Shown here: piece after piece, positions 36,065-45,240 of the stretch
Layout of the letters: every line of letters begins with the position of its first letter
Numbering within the stretch: position 1 is the first letter of the stretch
Origin: an uncultured bacterium
Lineage (GTDB): Bacteria > Desulfobacterota > Syntrophorhabdia > Syntrophorhabdales > JANXAF01
Assembly: GCA_938084905.1 (NCBI GenBank)
Contig: CALKEQ010000002.1
Coordinates: 139,515 to 203,514, forward strand
Reading direction: 5' to 3'
Length of the DNA stretch: 64,000 bases
Notes under the pieces: generated by a model
Database searches by the model: none
What the model was told of the DNA's origin: nothing
Seen by the model: only the letters and a program-made list of their open reading frames with translations
Made by a program: the position numbers and the translations under genes

Positions 36065-37093
36065 ATGGGCCTAACAGAAAGAGAGGGAAAAATCCTAGAG
36101 ATCATCATAGAGACATACGTGGATACAGCTCAACCTGTAGGATCCAGTGTTGTTGCAAAATTGATGAACAACAAGCTAAGTTCTGCTACGATCCGCCATA
36201 TAATGTACGAGTTAGAGGAGCAGGGATACTTATTTAAACCCTATGCCGTATCAGGTAGGATCCCCACGACAAAGGCTTTCAGATACTACGTCGACACTTT
36301 TGTAGATCTAAAATTACCTGCAAAAAAGGACATACGCCTCATCACCCACTTCATAAAACCTAGCTACTCTTACGTGGAAGACGCTATGATAGACGCATCT
36401 AGAGCACTTGCCGCTATCTCGAGGTACGCGGGAATAGTTGTAGAGCCAAAATTGAATACTATGGTCTTCAAGGGAGTTGAATTTGTTCCCCTGTCGAAAG
36501 TTTCCCTACTCGTTCTTTTCATCACATCATCCGGCATGGTTTATAAGAGGATACTCACCCTCGAGGAGAAGATCGAGAGGAGTATCCTAGAGAGTATGAA
36601 ACAGTACATGAACGAAAAGTTTGAAGGGCTTACCTTTTCCGAACTGAAAAAGAGACTGAAGGAGGATATAGAAAAAGATAGGGAGGATTTTAAGCTTCTC
36701 ATATCGAAGATCAGAGATTCGCTTAACTCTCTTATAGAAAGTGGGGAAAAGAGGGAGATTTACATTGAAGGTACCTCAAAGATTATCGGCATACCAGAAT
36801 TTACCGACATTCTCAAACTGAGGGAAATATTTAAAGCACTGGAGCAAAAGGAGAGGCTTTTGAGCATACTTGACAGGTGCCTTTCGGAAAAGGAGGTTGT
36901 TGTCATAGTGGGAGAGGAATGGGAGATAAAGGAGCTCAAAGAGATGAGTATCATTGCATCGCCATTCGCCGTTGACGAAAAAAGTACGGGTGTTCTTGGT
37001 GTAATAGGTCCTTTGCGAATGGATTATTCAAAACTGATCCCTGTGGTGAATTACACTGCAAAGATGCTCACAAACTTTTTAACAAACATGTGA
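36065..37093 (+). CDS. hrcA: Heat-inducible transcription repressor HrcA
   Basis: N-terminal winged helix (LTEREGKILEIIIETYVDTAQPVGS) and the typical 342-aa HrcA architecture. First gene of hrcA-grpE-dnaJ. Confidence 0.9.
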   Translation: MGLTEREGKILEIIIETYVDTAQPVGSSVVAKLMNNKLSSATIRHIMYELEEQGYLFKPYAVSGRIPTTKAFRYYVDTFVDLKLPAKKDIRLITHFIKPSYSYVEDAMIDASRALAAISRYAGIVVEPKLNTMVFKGVEFVPLSKVSLLVLFITSSGMVYKRILTLEEKIERSILESMKQYMNEKFEGLTFSELKKRLKEDIEKDREDFKLLISKIRDSLNSLIESGEKREIYIEGTSKIIGIPEFTDILKLREIFKALEQKERLLSILDRCLSEKEVVVIVGEEWEIKELKEMSIIASPFAVDEKSTGVLGVIGPLRMDYSKLIPVVNYTAKMLTNFLTNM

Positions 37094-37102
37094 GGTGAAA
37101 AG

Positions 37103-37687
37103 ATGGAGGGAAACGGAGAAAAAAAAGACGAAAAAGTTGAAACATTTGAGAAGGTAGAACACGAGGAACCTAAGAAGAGGAAAAAAAAGGACGAAATAAT
37201 AGAGGAACTGAAGAAAAACTTGGAAGAAAAGGAAAAGAATATAAATGAGTTAAAGGAAAGGCTTCTTTATCTTCAGGCTGACTTTGAGAACTACAAAAAG
37301 CTAAAGCAGAAGGAAAAGCAGGAAATACTGAGATACGGAAACGAGGCCCTAATAAAGGAACTTCTTCCTGTTGTCGATTGCTTGGAGAGAGCATTAGAGT
37401 GTGCCGGCAAGACAAATGATATAAAGGGCTTAGAAGAAGGCGTGAAAATCACGCTAAACGAGTTCTTAAGGGTACTGGAGAAGGCTGGCGTAACCAGGAT
37501 CGAGTCACTTGGTAAAATGTTCGACCCTAATTTGCATGAGGCTTTCACAGAAGAAGAAAGATCGGACTGTGAACCAGGTACAGTTGTTTGTGAATTTCAG
37601 AAGGGTTATCTTTTAAATGGAAGGCTCCTAAGACCGGCTATGGTCTCAGTTGCGAAAAAACCAGAAGTTCAAGAGCAAAACTGTTGA
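37103..37687 (+). CDS. grpE: Nucleotide exchange factor GrpE
   Basis: Coiled-coil N-terminus, RLQADFENYKKR-like LYLQADFENYKK, and a C-terminal beta domain (FDPNLHEA). Confidence 0.9.
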   Translation: MEGNGEKKDEKVETFEKVEHEEPKKRKKKDEIIEELKKNLEEKEKNINELKERLLYLQADFENYKKLKQKEKQEILRYGNEALIKELLPVVDCLERALECAGKTNDIKGLEEGVKITLNEFLRVLEKAGVTRIESLGKMFDPNLHEAFTEEERSDCEPGTVVCEFQKGYLLNGRLLRPAMVSVAKKPEVQEQNC

Positions 37688-37710
37688 TGTAAAGGCCCCA
37701 TCCAGATGCC

Positions 37711-38748
37711 GTGCACAAGGATTATTACGAAATACTAAACGTTGATAGGAACGCCTCAGAAGAAGAGATAAAAAAGGCTTACAGAAGACTTGCACTCAAA
37801 TACCATCCTGACAGGAATCCTGGCGACAAATACGCAGAAGAAAAATTCAAAGAGATAAACGAAGCTTACGAGGTTCTATCTGATCCTGAAAAAAGGGCAA
37901 GATACGACAGATACGGGACAGTCGACGGATCAGGGCCTGCCTTCGATTTTGGATTTAGGACAAGTTTTGACGAAATTTTCGAGGACCTCTTCGGTGACTT
38001 CTTTGGCAGGACAAGAAGAGCAAAAAAGGGAGACGATCTCAAGTACAATCTGGAGATAGAATTTGAAGAGGCAATTTTTGGAACGGAAAAGGAGATTGAA
38101 ATTCCAAAGGATGAAAGATGTCCAGTATGCAAAGGATCGAGAATTGAACCAGGTTATAAACCGAGTGTATGCCCATTATGCGGCGGTAGGGGTCAGATAA
38201 GATATTCCCATTCATTTTTTACCATAAATAAAACTTGCGATTCCTGCCACGGTGAAGGCTACATCATAGATAACCCTTGTAGGGAATGCAGAGGTAGAGG
38301 ATACGTAAAAACTAAGAAGAAGTTGACTGTAAAGGTACCGCCTGGAGTAGAAACGGGCACAAGACTAAGAATAAGGGGAGAAGGGGCAAAATCTCCCACC
38401 GATACCTATCCAGGTGATCTTTACGTTGTTATACATGTGAGACCCCATTCCATATTTGAAAGAGACGGGGACAACATAATCGTGAAGGTGGATGTTGATT
38501 TTCCAATCCTCTGTCTGGGAGGAGAAATAAAGGTACCAACCTTAGATGGGGATAAAAAGATTAAGATTCCCCCTGGAACTGAGCCGGGAAAGATCATCAG
38601 GTTAGAAGGCCTTGGGATTCCAAGAAATAGAGGTTATGGAAGAGGTGACCAGCTCGTTTACATAAACGTCAGGGTTCCGAAGAACTTAACTGATAGACAA
38701 AAAAAGATCCTGGAAGAACTTGCACGCGAACTGGAAAATCAAGGGTAG
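37711..38748 (+). CDS. dnaJ: Molecular chaperone DnaJ
   Basis: J-domain ([13 protein letters not shown]) and four CxxCxGxG Zn-finger repeats. GTG start. Confidence 0.9.
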   Translation: MHKDYYEILNVDRNASEEEIKKAYRRLALKYHPDRNPGDKYAEEKFKEINEAYEVLSDPEKRARYDRYGTVDGSGPAFDFGFRTSFDEIFEDLFGDFFGRTRRAKKGDDLKYNLEIEFEEAIFGTEKEIEIPKDERCPVCKGSRIEPGYKPSVCPLCGGRGQIRYSHSFFTINKTCDSCHGEGYIIDNPCRECRGRGYVKTKKKLTVKVPPGVETGTRLRIRGEGAKSPTDTYPGDLYVVIHVRPHSIFERDGDNIIVKVDVDFPILCLGGEIKVPTLDGDKKIKIPPGTEPGKIIRLEGLGIPRNRGYGRGDQLVYINVRVPKNLTDRQKKILEELARELENQG

Positions 38749-38750
38749 AT

Positions 38751-39401
38751 TCACCTTATCAACATTCCAATTCTTTTCCACCTGACAAATTCCCATATCC
38801 TTTCAGGGTTTTTGTTCCAGGAGAAATAGAGGATAAAGGCCTTACCAACGAGATCCTCCTTTTTCACAAAACCCCAAAATCTACTGTCCAAACTTCTGTC
38901 CCTATTGTCTCCCAAGACAAAGTACGAATCCTTTGGAACCTTTACTGGGCCAAAATTGTCCCTTGGGCCAAGACTACTTGGAAGGACGTAAGGATCTGAA
39001 AAAAATGCGTGCTTATCCTCTATTCTTTTTCCATTCACATAGACAATCTTATCCCTTATCTCAACGATATCCCCCTCAACGCCAATAACCCTCTTTATGA
39101 AGTCTTTGCTTCTATCCAAAGGATACCTGAACACAATAACATCTCCCCTTTTCGGCTTTCCTATCTCATAGATAATCCAGTCAGTAAAAGGAAACTTGAT
39201 AACGTAGCTCAGTCTGTTTACAAGGAGATGGTCACCAACAAGGAGGGTAGGTTCCATTGAACTACTCGGTATTTTGAATGCCTGAATAAAAAAGCTCCTT
39301 ACGAAAAGGGCGATTAGCGCTGCGATTATGAAAGATTCGGCATACTCCCTGATTTTTCCTTTTCTCTTTCCCATTTTTCCGTTACATTTTTTCAGGGGCA
39401 C
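38751..39401 (-). CDS. lepB: Signal peptidase I
   Basis: SSSMEPTL (Ser nucleophile), KRVIGVEGD (Lys), GDNRDRSLDSR. The start may be Met10 at 39374, which would remove the overlap with argS. Confidence 0.9.
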   Translation of the reverse strand: MPLKKCNGKMGKRKGKIREYAESFIIAALIALFVRSFFIQAFKIPSSSMEPTLLVGDHLLVNRLSYVIKFPFTDWIIYEIGKPKRGDVIVFRYPLDRSKDFIKRVIGVEGDIVEIRDKIVYVNGKRIEDKHAFFSDPYVLPSSLGPRDNFGPVKVPKDSYFVLGDNRDRSLDSRFWGFVKKEDLVGKAFILYFSWNKNPERIWEFVRWKRIGMLIR

Positions 39402-41058
39402 AAACCCCGAGAATTCCGAGTCCTTCCTTCAAAGCGTCTTTTAAGGTTTTTACGAGAACCATCCTGGCGCGTGTCAATTTATGATCTTCCTGCAGAACCC
39501 TTGTCGTATTATAGTAAGTGTGGAATTTACCGGCAAGATCAATAAGGTAATACGTCAGTCTGTGGGGTTCTAGATTCCTCGCAGCACCTTCTAGGGTATC
39601 AAAAAAACGGAAAATCATTTTTACAAGCTCCATCTCCTCATCCAGAACGAGGAGATCCAAAATTTCCCTTTCTATCTTTTTATCCTCTAGGAATCCGGTT
39701 TCAAAGCCCTGATCTTTCGCACATCTCAGTATACTTTCAATTCGGGCATGGGCGTATTGAACGTAGTAGACAGGGTTCTCGTTCGTTTTTTTCTTAGCAA
39801 GATCAAGATCAAACTCAAGATGAGCGTCACTTTTTCGCGTAAGGAAGAAGAACCTGGCAGCGTCTTTCCCAACCTCATCTACCAGTTCCCTCAATGTGGT
39901 GTAGGTCCCCTCCCTTGTGGACATCCCAACCGGTCTTCCATCTTTTAGTAAGGTTACAAACTGTATAAGGATTATCTTCAGTTTTTCCTTATCAAGATTC
40001 ATCGCACTTAGAGCAGCCTTCAGTCTTGGTACGTATCCGTGATGGTCCGACCCCCATACGTTGATGAGAAGGTCGTAACCCCTTAAAAACTTTTCCCTGT
40101 GGTATGCGATATCCGAAGTAAAGTAAGTCTTTTCTCCGTCTGACTTCACAAGAACCCTGTCTTCGTCATTTTCAAAAAGGCTCGTCCTGAACCAAACTGC
40201 TCCATCCTTTTTATATATGTAGCCTGACTCTTGCAAGAAGGAAAGCGTCTCTTCTACCATGCCAGATCCAAAAAGATCAGACTCTTTTTTAAAACTGTCG
40301 AAAAAGACACCGAATCTCTCCAAATCCTCCTTTATCTCCCCCATTATCCTCTCAGATGCATACCGCGCCAAAATTTTAATCGATTCGCTCTTCTCTTCGG
40401 GAAGTACTACCTTTCTATCCATTAGTTCCTTTGCAATCTCTTTTACATATTCACCTTTGTAGAGATTCTCGGGAAAATCGACCCTTTCCCCGGAGAGCTC
40501 CTTAAGCCGCAGATAGACAGACTCTCCAAGCATCTCCATCTGTTTTCCCGCATCATTTATGTAATACTCTTTTGTGACATCGAATCCTGTCTTCTTCAAT
40601 AATCTTGAGAGAGCATCTCCGAAGGCTGCACATCTTCCATGACCAACATGTAGCGGACCTGTGGGATTAGAACTTACAAACTCCAAAAGGACCTTTTTCC
40701 CTTTTCCAACGTCTGGCATGAATCTATGAAGACCCTCTAAAAAAAGGGAAAAGAGGCAATCCTTGAGGAAACTGTCTCTAAGGTAAAAATTCAAAAATCC
40801 ACCTCCCGCAACTGAGGTCCTTTCACATATGTCCTCCACATCCAGATGATCCTTAATCATTTGAGCTATTTGATTGGGAGGCCTCTTTAATATCTTTGAG
40901 AGAATGAAAGGAAGATTTGTGGAGTAATCTCCAAAATCCTTTTCTCTTGGGGTCTCAATATGGGGTTCGAAATTGAGCTCTCCAGGGAGGAGACCCTTCT
41001 TTTTCAGAAGTTCAGAGGCCTTTTTTATTCTCTTCTCCAGTTCCGGTTTTATCATCAC
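39382..41058 (-). CDS. argS: Arginine--tRNA ligase
   Basis: SSNPTGPLHVGH (HIGH), an MSTR variant of KMSK, and a DALR anticodon-binding C-terminus. GTG or ATG start at 41058 or 41055. Confidence 0.95.
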   Translation of the reverse strand: MMIKPELEKRIKKASELLKKKGLLPGELNFEPHIETPREKDFGDYSTNLPFILSKILKRPPNQIAQMIKDHLDVEDICERTSVAGGGFLNFYLRDSFLKDCLFSLFLEGLHRFMPDVGKGKKVLLEFVSSNPTGPLHVGHGRCAAFGDALSRLLKKTGFDVTKEYYINDAGKQMEMLGESVYLRLKELSGERVDFPENLYKGEYVKEIAKELMDRKVVLPEEKSESIKILARYASERIMGEIKEDLERFGVFFDSFKKESDLFGSGMVEETLSFLQESGYIYKKDGAVWFRTSLFENDEDRVLVKSDGEKTYFTSDIAYHREKFLRGYDLLINVWGSDHHGYVPRLKAALSAMNLDKEKLKIILIQFVTLLKDGRPVGMSTREGTYTTLRELVDEVGKDAARFFFLTRKSDAHLEFDLDLAKKKTNENPVYYVQYAHARIESILRCAKDQGFETGFLEDKKIEREILDLLVLDEEMELVKMIFRFFDTLEGAARNLEPHRLTYYLIDLAGKFHTYYNTTRVLQEDHKLTRARMVLVKTLKDALKEGLGILGVCAPEKM

Positions 41059-41188
41059 CCTTTCCTTCTTCCTTTATGGACACGTCCCTAACAAAATCAG
41101 GACACCTCAAAGATAAGCCCTCCCTAGCCATGAACCTTTTTTGACAGTTCTCTCTCCAGGCGCAGATTATACAAAGGGTCTTCTCCAT
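41012..41188 (-). CDS. Hypothetical 58-aa Cys-rich protein (below ORF-track cutoff)
   Basis: Hand-translated as MEKTLCIICAWRENCQKRFMAREGLSLRCPDFVRDVSIKEEGKGDDKTGTGEENKKGL*. SD GAGGTGG lies 5 nt upstream. The ATG directly follows the nitrilase-family stop, and the 3' end overlaps argS by about 47 nt. Confidence 0.5.
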   Translation of the reverse strand: MEKTLCIICAWRENCQKRFMAREGLSLRCPDFVRDVSIKEEGKGDDKTGTGEENKKGL

Positions 41189-42004
41189 TTAATCCACCTC
41201 TTTTAAAAGTTCAGAGTACACTTCCGGTCTTCTCCTTTTCAGGAGGGGCCAGCTCTCCCTCGCACTTTTTTCAACCTCAAAATCGATTTCTGCCAGTACA
41301 ACACTGTCATGAATACCCGCTGGCCCGGCTATTATCTCCCCCTCTGGATTTACACAGAAACTCATCCCATAAAAATCTTGAAAATCTTCACTTCCCACCC
41401 TGTTTACCCTCATTATGTAAATACCATTTGCAAAGGCGTTTGCAGAAATGACCGTCTTCCAAATGTGCTGAGTCTTGAATGCGCAAGATGTTGGAGCAAA
41501 AATTATCTGAGCTCCTTTTATCGCCAGTATTCTTGTACCCTCAGGGTACAAATTGTCCCAGGATATTTGGATTCCTATCTTCCCGTAACCAGTTGAGAAA
41601 ACTGGAAACTCTTCTCCTCGAGAAAAGTAGTAGTCCTCTTCCCAAAGGGGAATCTGGGAGAGATGAACCTTCCTATAAATACCTGACAATTTCCCCATCT
41701 CATCTATGACCATGCAACTATTATAAAACCTTTCCCCAGCTCTTTCAAAGAAGGGAAGGAGGATAACAATCCCTTTCTCCTTTGCCATCTCAAAAAAAGG
41801 CAAAAACAGAGGGGATTCCGCCTCATCAGCCAGTCTGAAGAATGATTCGTTTTTCTCCCTTGGGAACCAAAAAAGATTGAACATCTCTTGGAAGCAAACC
41901 ACATTTGCGCCTTTCTCGTAAGCAACTTTAAGGAGCCTCAGTGCTTTTTCGATGTTCTTCTCTTTATCCTTGAAGCAGGAAAACTGGATGCCCGCTACTT
42001 TCAT
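41189..42004 (-). CDS. Carbon-nitrogen hydrolase (nitrilase superfamily) protein with Ser at the nucleophile position
   Basis: E40 (CFQEMF), K112 (YRKVHL) and the IQISWDNLYPE block. The family normally has ICxDxxFPE here, so Ser148 (codon TCC, 41561-41563) replaces the catalytic Cys. Confidence 0.8.
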   Translation of the reverse strand: MKVAGIQFSCFKDKEKNIEKALRLLKVAYEKGANVVCFQEMFNLFWFPREKNESFFRLADEAESPLFLPFFEMAKEKGIVILLPFFERAGERFYNSCMVIDEMGKLSGIYRKVHLSQIPLWEEDYYFSRGEEFPVFSTGYGKIGIQISWDNLYPEGTRILAIKGAQIIFAPTSCAFKTQHIWKTVISANAFANGIYIMRVNRVGSEDFQDFYGMSFCVNPEGEIIAGPAGIHDSVVLAEIDFEVEKSARESWPLLKRRRPEVYSELLKEVD

Positions 42005-42013
42005 TCAGCCATT

Positions 42014-42796
42014 TCAGTTGCCCCTGAAGGTGGGCTTCCTTTTTTCAACAAAAGCGGTCATCCCCTCTTTCTGGTCCTTCGTACCAAAACAAAAACCAAA
42101 GTTTGCCTCTTCTAGTTTAAGCCCTTCTTCTAGGCTTAACGAGAGGCTCTTATTCAAGCACTCCTTTGCCAGTTTCAGGGCAATCTGACCGCACGACTTG
42201 ATCCTCTCTGCAAGCGAAAAAACCTCCTTCATCAGTTCATCGTGTGGAACAACTTTATTTATTAAACCCAACTCGAAAGCTTCTTGGGCAGTGATCATCT
42301 TCCCTGTGAATATCAGTTCTTTTGCCTTCATCAATCCTATGATCCTCGGTGTCCTCTGGGTGCCGCCAAAACCTGGATGTATAGCCAAGGTTACTTCCGG
42401 AAAACCGAACCTCGCTTTATCGGAAGCGTAAATTATGTCGCATGAGAGGGCGAGTTCGAGCCCTCCTCCGAGTGCATAACCGTTTACAGCCGCAATGACA
42501 ACTTTGCCCATGTTTTCGAGTTTTGAGAAAGCCTCATGCCCCTTTCTTGAAAATTCCATTCCCTGGACAGGATCCATCTCTTTCATCTCCACTATGTCTG
42601 CACCAGCAACGAAGGCTTTATCCCCCTCTCCCGTAACAATAACGACCCTTACTTCACCATTTTTTTCCAGATCCTCTGCTGCCCTTTTTAACTCCTCCAA
42701 TGTTTCAGAGTTTAGGGCATTTAAGGCTTCTGGTCTACTCACTTTGAGAACAGCAATGGCATCTTTTATTTCCAACTTTATATTCTTATACTCCAC
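42014..42796 (-). CDS. Enoyl-CoA hydratase (crotonase family)
   Basis: Crotonase fold (FVAGADI, ALGGGLELAL). I place the start at the GTG at 42796 (MEYKNIKLEIKD), preceded by GGAAAAGGAGGA. The tracked N-terminal 44 aa overlap the thiolase gene and look spurious. Confidence 0.85.
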   Translation of the reverse strand: MEYKNIKLEIKDAIAVLKVSRPEALNALNSETLEELKRAAEDLEKNGEVRVVIVTGEGDKAFVAGADIVEMKEMDPVQGMEFSRKGHEAFSKLENMGKVVIAAVNGYALGGGLELALSCDIIYASDKARFGFPEVTLAIHPGFGGTQRTPRIIGLMKAKELIFTGKMITAQEAFELGLINKVVPHDELMKEVFSLAERIKSCGQIALKLAKECLNKSLSLSLEEGLKLEEANFGFCFGTKDQKEGMTAFVEKRKPTFRGN

Positions 42797-42798
42797 CT

Positions 42799-44082
42799 TT
42801 AGTCCTCCTTTTCCAGCACTGCTGCAATACCCATTCCTCCTCCAATACACATGGAAACAAGACCGTACCTTAGGTTCATTCTCTTCATGGCGTGTAAGGC
42901 TGTTGTCACAAGTCGAGCACCTGTACAACCTATCGGATGGCCTAGGGAAATACCGCCACCGAACATGTTACATCTATCCATGTCTATGTTGAGTTCTCTT
43001 ATACATGCGATTGCTTGAGCTGCAAAAGCTTCGTTCAATTCGATTATGTCTATACGATCTAGAGTAAGGTTAGCCTTCTTTAGCGCCTTTTTTATCGCTG
43101 GAACTGGGCCAAGTCCCATGTAAGCTGGATCAACCCCTCCATTAGCCCATGCGATTATCCTGCCCATCGGTTTTATTCCGAGTTCTTTTGCCTTTTCTCT
43201 GGACATTACTACAACCGCTGAGGCAGCGTCGTTTATGCCTGATGCATTCCCTGCGGTAATCGTTCCATCCTTCTTGAAAACAGGTGGAAGCTTCGCCATC
43301 TTCTCAAGGGACGTATCCATCGGCCTTTCATCCGTATCAAAAACGACTGGTTCTCCCTTCTTCTGTGGAATAACTACAGGCACTATCTCCTCCTTAAAGA
43401 CTCCCTCCATTATCGCTTTTCTTGCTCTCTGGTGGCTCATGAGTCCAAATTTGTCTTGCTCCTCCCTAGATATACCGTATTTTTCAGCAATGTTCTCCGC
43501 CGTAACCCCCATATGGTAACCGTAAAATATTTCCCATACTCCATCGAGTACCATGAGATCAACAGCCTTCGCATCAAACATCCTTGCTCCCCACCTCATG
43601 GCGGGAAGTGCAAAAGGAGCCATGCTCATATTCTCCATTCCACCTGCAACTATTGTGTCCGCATCTCCACATGCAATTGCTTGGATAGCGCATATAATTG
43701 ACTTAAGTCCAGAACCGCATACCTTATTTACTGTGTAAGCGGCTGTCTCTTTAGGAATTCCTGCGTAAATACTTGCCTGTCTTGCAGGGTTCTGTCCCTG
43801 ACCTGCCTGGATCACATTTCCCATGATAACTTCATCAATAATTACCTCTTTTAGGGACGAATCGTAATCGTAGTACTTTTCCTCGAGCTCAGTCGATGTC
43901 ATTCCTTGGAATACTTTAGGAGAAAACTCCCGGTCCTTATCTCTTGATGGTCTTAACCCGGCTCTCTTTAACGCTTCTTTTATAGCTATTGCTCCGAGTT
44001 GGACAGCTGGGATATCTTTAAGCGATTGACCGAATTGACCTATAGGTGTTCTTACGCAAGAAACTATTACGGCCTCTCTCAT
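42799..44082 (-). CDS. Acetyl-CoA C-acetyltransferase (thiolase II)
   Basis: Active-site Cys (VNKVCGSGLK), NEAFAAQ, GHPIGCTGAR and CIGGGMG motifs. Confidence 0.9.
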   Translation of the reverse strand: MREAVIVSCVRTPIGQFGQSLKDIPAVQLGAIAIKEALKRAGLRPSRDKDREFSPKVFQGMTSTELEEKYYDYDSSLKEVIIDEVIMGNVIQAGQGQNPARQASIYAGIPKETAAYTVNKVCGSGLKSIICAIQAIACGDADTIVAGGMENMSMAPFALPAMRWGARMFDAKAVDLMVLDGVWEIFYGYHMGVTAENIAEKYGISREEQDKFGLMSHQRARKAIMEGVFKEEIVPVVIPQKKGEPVVFDTDERPMDTSLEKMAKLPPVFKKDGTITAGNASGINDAASAVVVMSREKAKELGIKPMGRIIAWANGGVDPAYMGLGPVPAIKKALKKANLTLDRIDIIELNEAFAAQAIACIRELNIDMDRCNMFGGGISLGHPIGCTGARLVTTALHAMKRMNLRYGLVSMCIGGGMGIAAVLEKED

Positions 44083-44174
44083 AGCTTTCTCCTTTTTCGA
44101 AAATTGAAAAAAAATTCACAATCTTTTATCCTAATTACATGCCTTTGTCAATGATTTTTAAGGAAGGGAGGGAA

Positions 44175-44262
44175 TGGTGCCGAAGATGGGGCTCGAACCC
44201 ATACGGGCTTTTCGCCCACTAGATCCTGAATCTAGCGCGTCTTCCAATTCCGCCACTTCGGC
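44175..44262 (-). tRNA. tRNA-Leu (anticodon CAG), type II with long variable arm, CCA encoded
   Basis: The reverse complement reads GCCGAAG-UG-GCGGAAUUGGAAGACGC-G-CUAGA-UUCAGGA-UCUAG-UGGGCGAAAGCCCGU-AUGGG-UUCGAGC-CCCAU-CUUCGGC-ACCA. The cloverleaf was folded by eye. Confidence 0.9.
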
Positions 44263-44310
44263 ATTAATTTTAAATTAAGGACATTTACACCAGAAAGTCA
44301 AGGGTCAACT

Positions 44311-45240
44311 ATGAAACTGATAGAAGGGCTGGAAAGAATCAGAAGAATGGACAGGCCGGTTGTAACGATAGGCAACTTTGACGGGATCCACATTGGCCAT
44401 CAAAGGATAATCGAAGAGGTGAGGAGGAAAGCGGCGGAGATAGATGGAGTATCAGCTTTAATAACCTTTGATCCCCATCCTCTCAGCTTGCTCAAACCAG
44501 AGAATCTAGAGGGGCTTATAACACCCCTTCCCGTAAAGAAGAGGATACTTGAGGAGATGGGAATTGATGTCCTAATTATCTTGAAATTTGAGGAAAGTTT
44601 CAGGGGTCTTGAGCCGGAAGATTTTATAAGGGATGTGCTTGTAAAAAGGATTGGAGTGTCAGTCCTTGTTCTCGGATACGATTTCAGATTTGGGAAGGAT
44701 GCGAAGGGAGATGTGAACCTGATAGAGAAACTATCGGAAAAGTACGGTTTCCTCTTCAGAAAGATCGATCCTGTAACACTCGATGGAGAGAAAGTTGGTA
44801 GCAACCGAATAAGAAAGATGATAGTAGACGGAGACTTACTCAGGGTCAGAGATTTCCTTGGCAGAACTTTCTCTGTTACTGGCAAGGTCATTTACGGAGC
44901 TGGGTTGGGAAAGAAAATTGGCTTTCCTACGGCAAATCTCGCTTTTTCAGAGAACCAGCTCCTACCAAAAAAAGGTGTTTACATAACTGAGGTGGAACTT
45001 CACGGAAACTATTATCCATCAGTTACAAACATAGGATTTAAACCAACTTTGAACCTGGAACGGATCTCCGTTGAAACCCATATACTTGACTTCCATAAGG
45101 ACATATACGGCATGGAGATAGAGGTAAAGTTCTACGAGAGGATAAGGGACGAGATGAAATTTGGCTCACTCGAAGAACTGAGATCTGCCATAGCCGAAGA
45201 TGTAAAAAAGGCGAGGGCTTTCTTTAAGGATAGGTTATGA
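44311..45240 (+). CDS. ribF: Bifunctional riboflavin kinase / FMN adenylyltransferase
   Basis: N-terminal FAD synthetase (GNFDGIHIGH) and a C-terminal riboflavin kinase (GFPTANL, ETHILDF). Confidence 0.9.
   Translation: MKLIEGLERIRRMDRPVVTIGNFDGIHIGHQRIIEEVRRKAAEIDGVSALITFDPHPLSLLKPENLEGLITPLPVKKRILEEMGIDVLIILKFEESFRGLEPEDFIRDVLVKRIGVSVLVLGYDFRFGKDAKGDVNLIEKLSEKYGFLFRKIDPVTLDGEKVGSNRIRKMIVDGDLLRVRDFLGRTFSVTGKVIYGAGLGKKIGFPTANLAFSENQLLPKKGVYITEVELHGNYYPSVTNIGFKPTLNLERISVETHILDFHKDIYGMEIEVKFYERIRDEMKFGSLEELRSAIAEDVKKARAFFKDRL

Noticed and set aside
42797-42928. N-terminal 44-aa extension of the enoyl-CoA hydratase ORF (MYRCSTCDNSL...).
   Set aside because: It overlaps the thiolase 3' end in another frame. 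A GTG at 42796 with an excellent SD gives a normal crotonase N-terminus.
44083-44310. tRNA-Leu, and likewise tRNA-Phe at 53833-53905, as integration sites of a genomic island.
   Set aside because: There is no integrase, no direct repeat of the tRNA 3' end, and no compositional shift that I could see in the flanking genes. The flanks are core metabolism and envelope genes.
44400-44891. Long antisense ORFs opposite real genes: 44400..44891, 30040..30516, 42495..42992, 58901..59371, 2112..2540, 50871..51308, 17589..17945 and 5769..6158.
   Set aside because: Each lies entirely inside a well-supported gene on the other strand. Their products are Ser/Leu/Phe/Pro-rich and low in complexity, and they lack an SD. 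They are the expected shadow frames of purine-rich (RNY-biased) thermophile codons.
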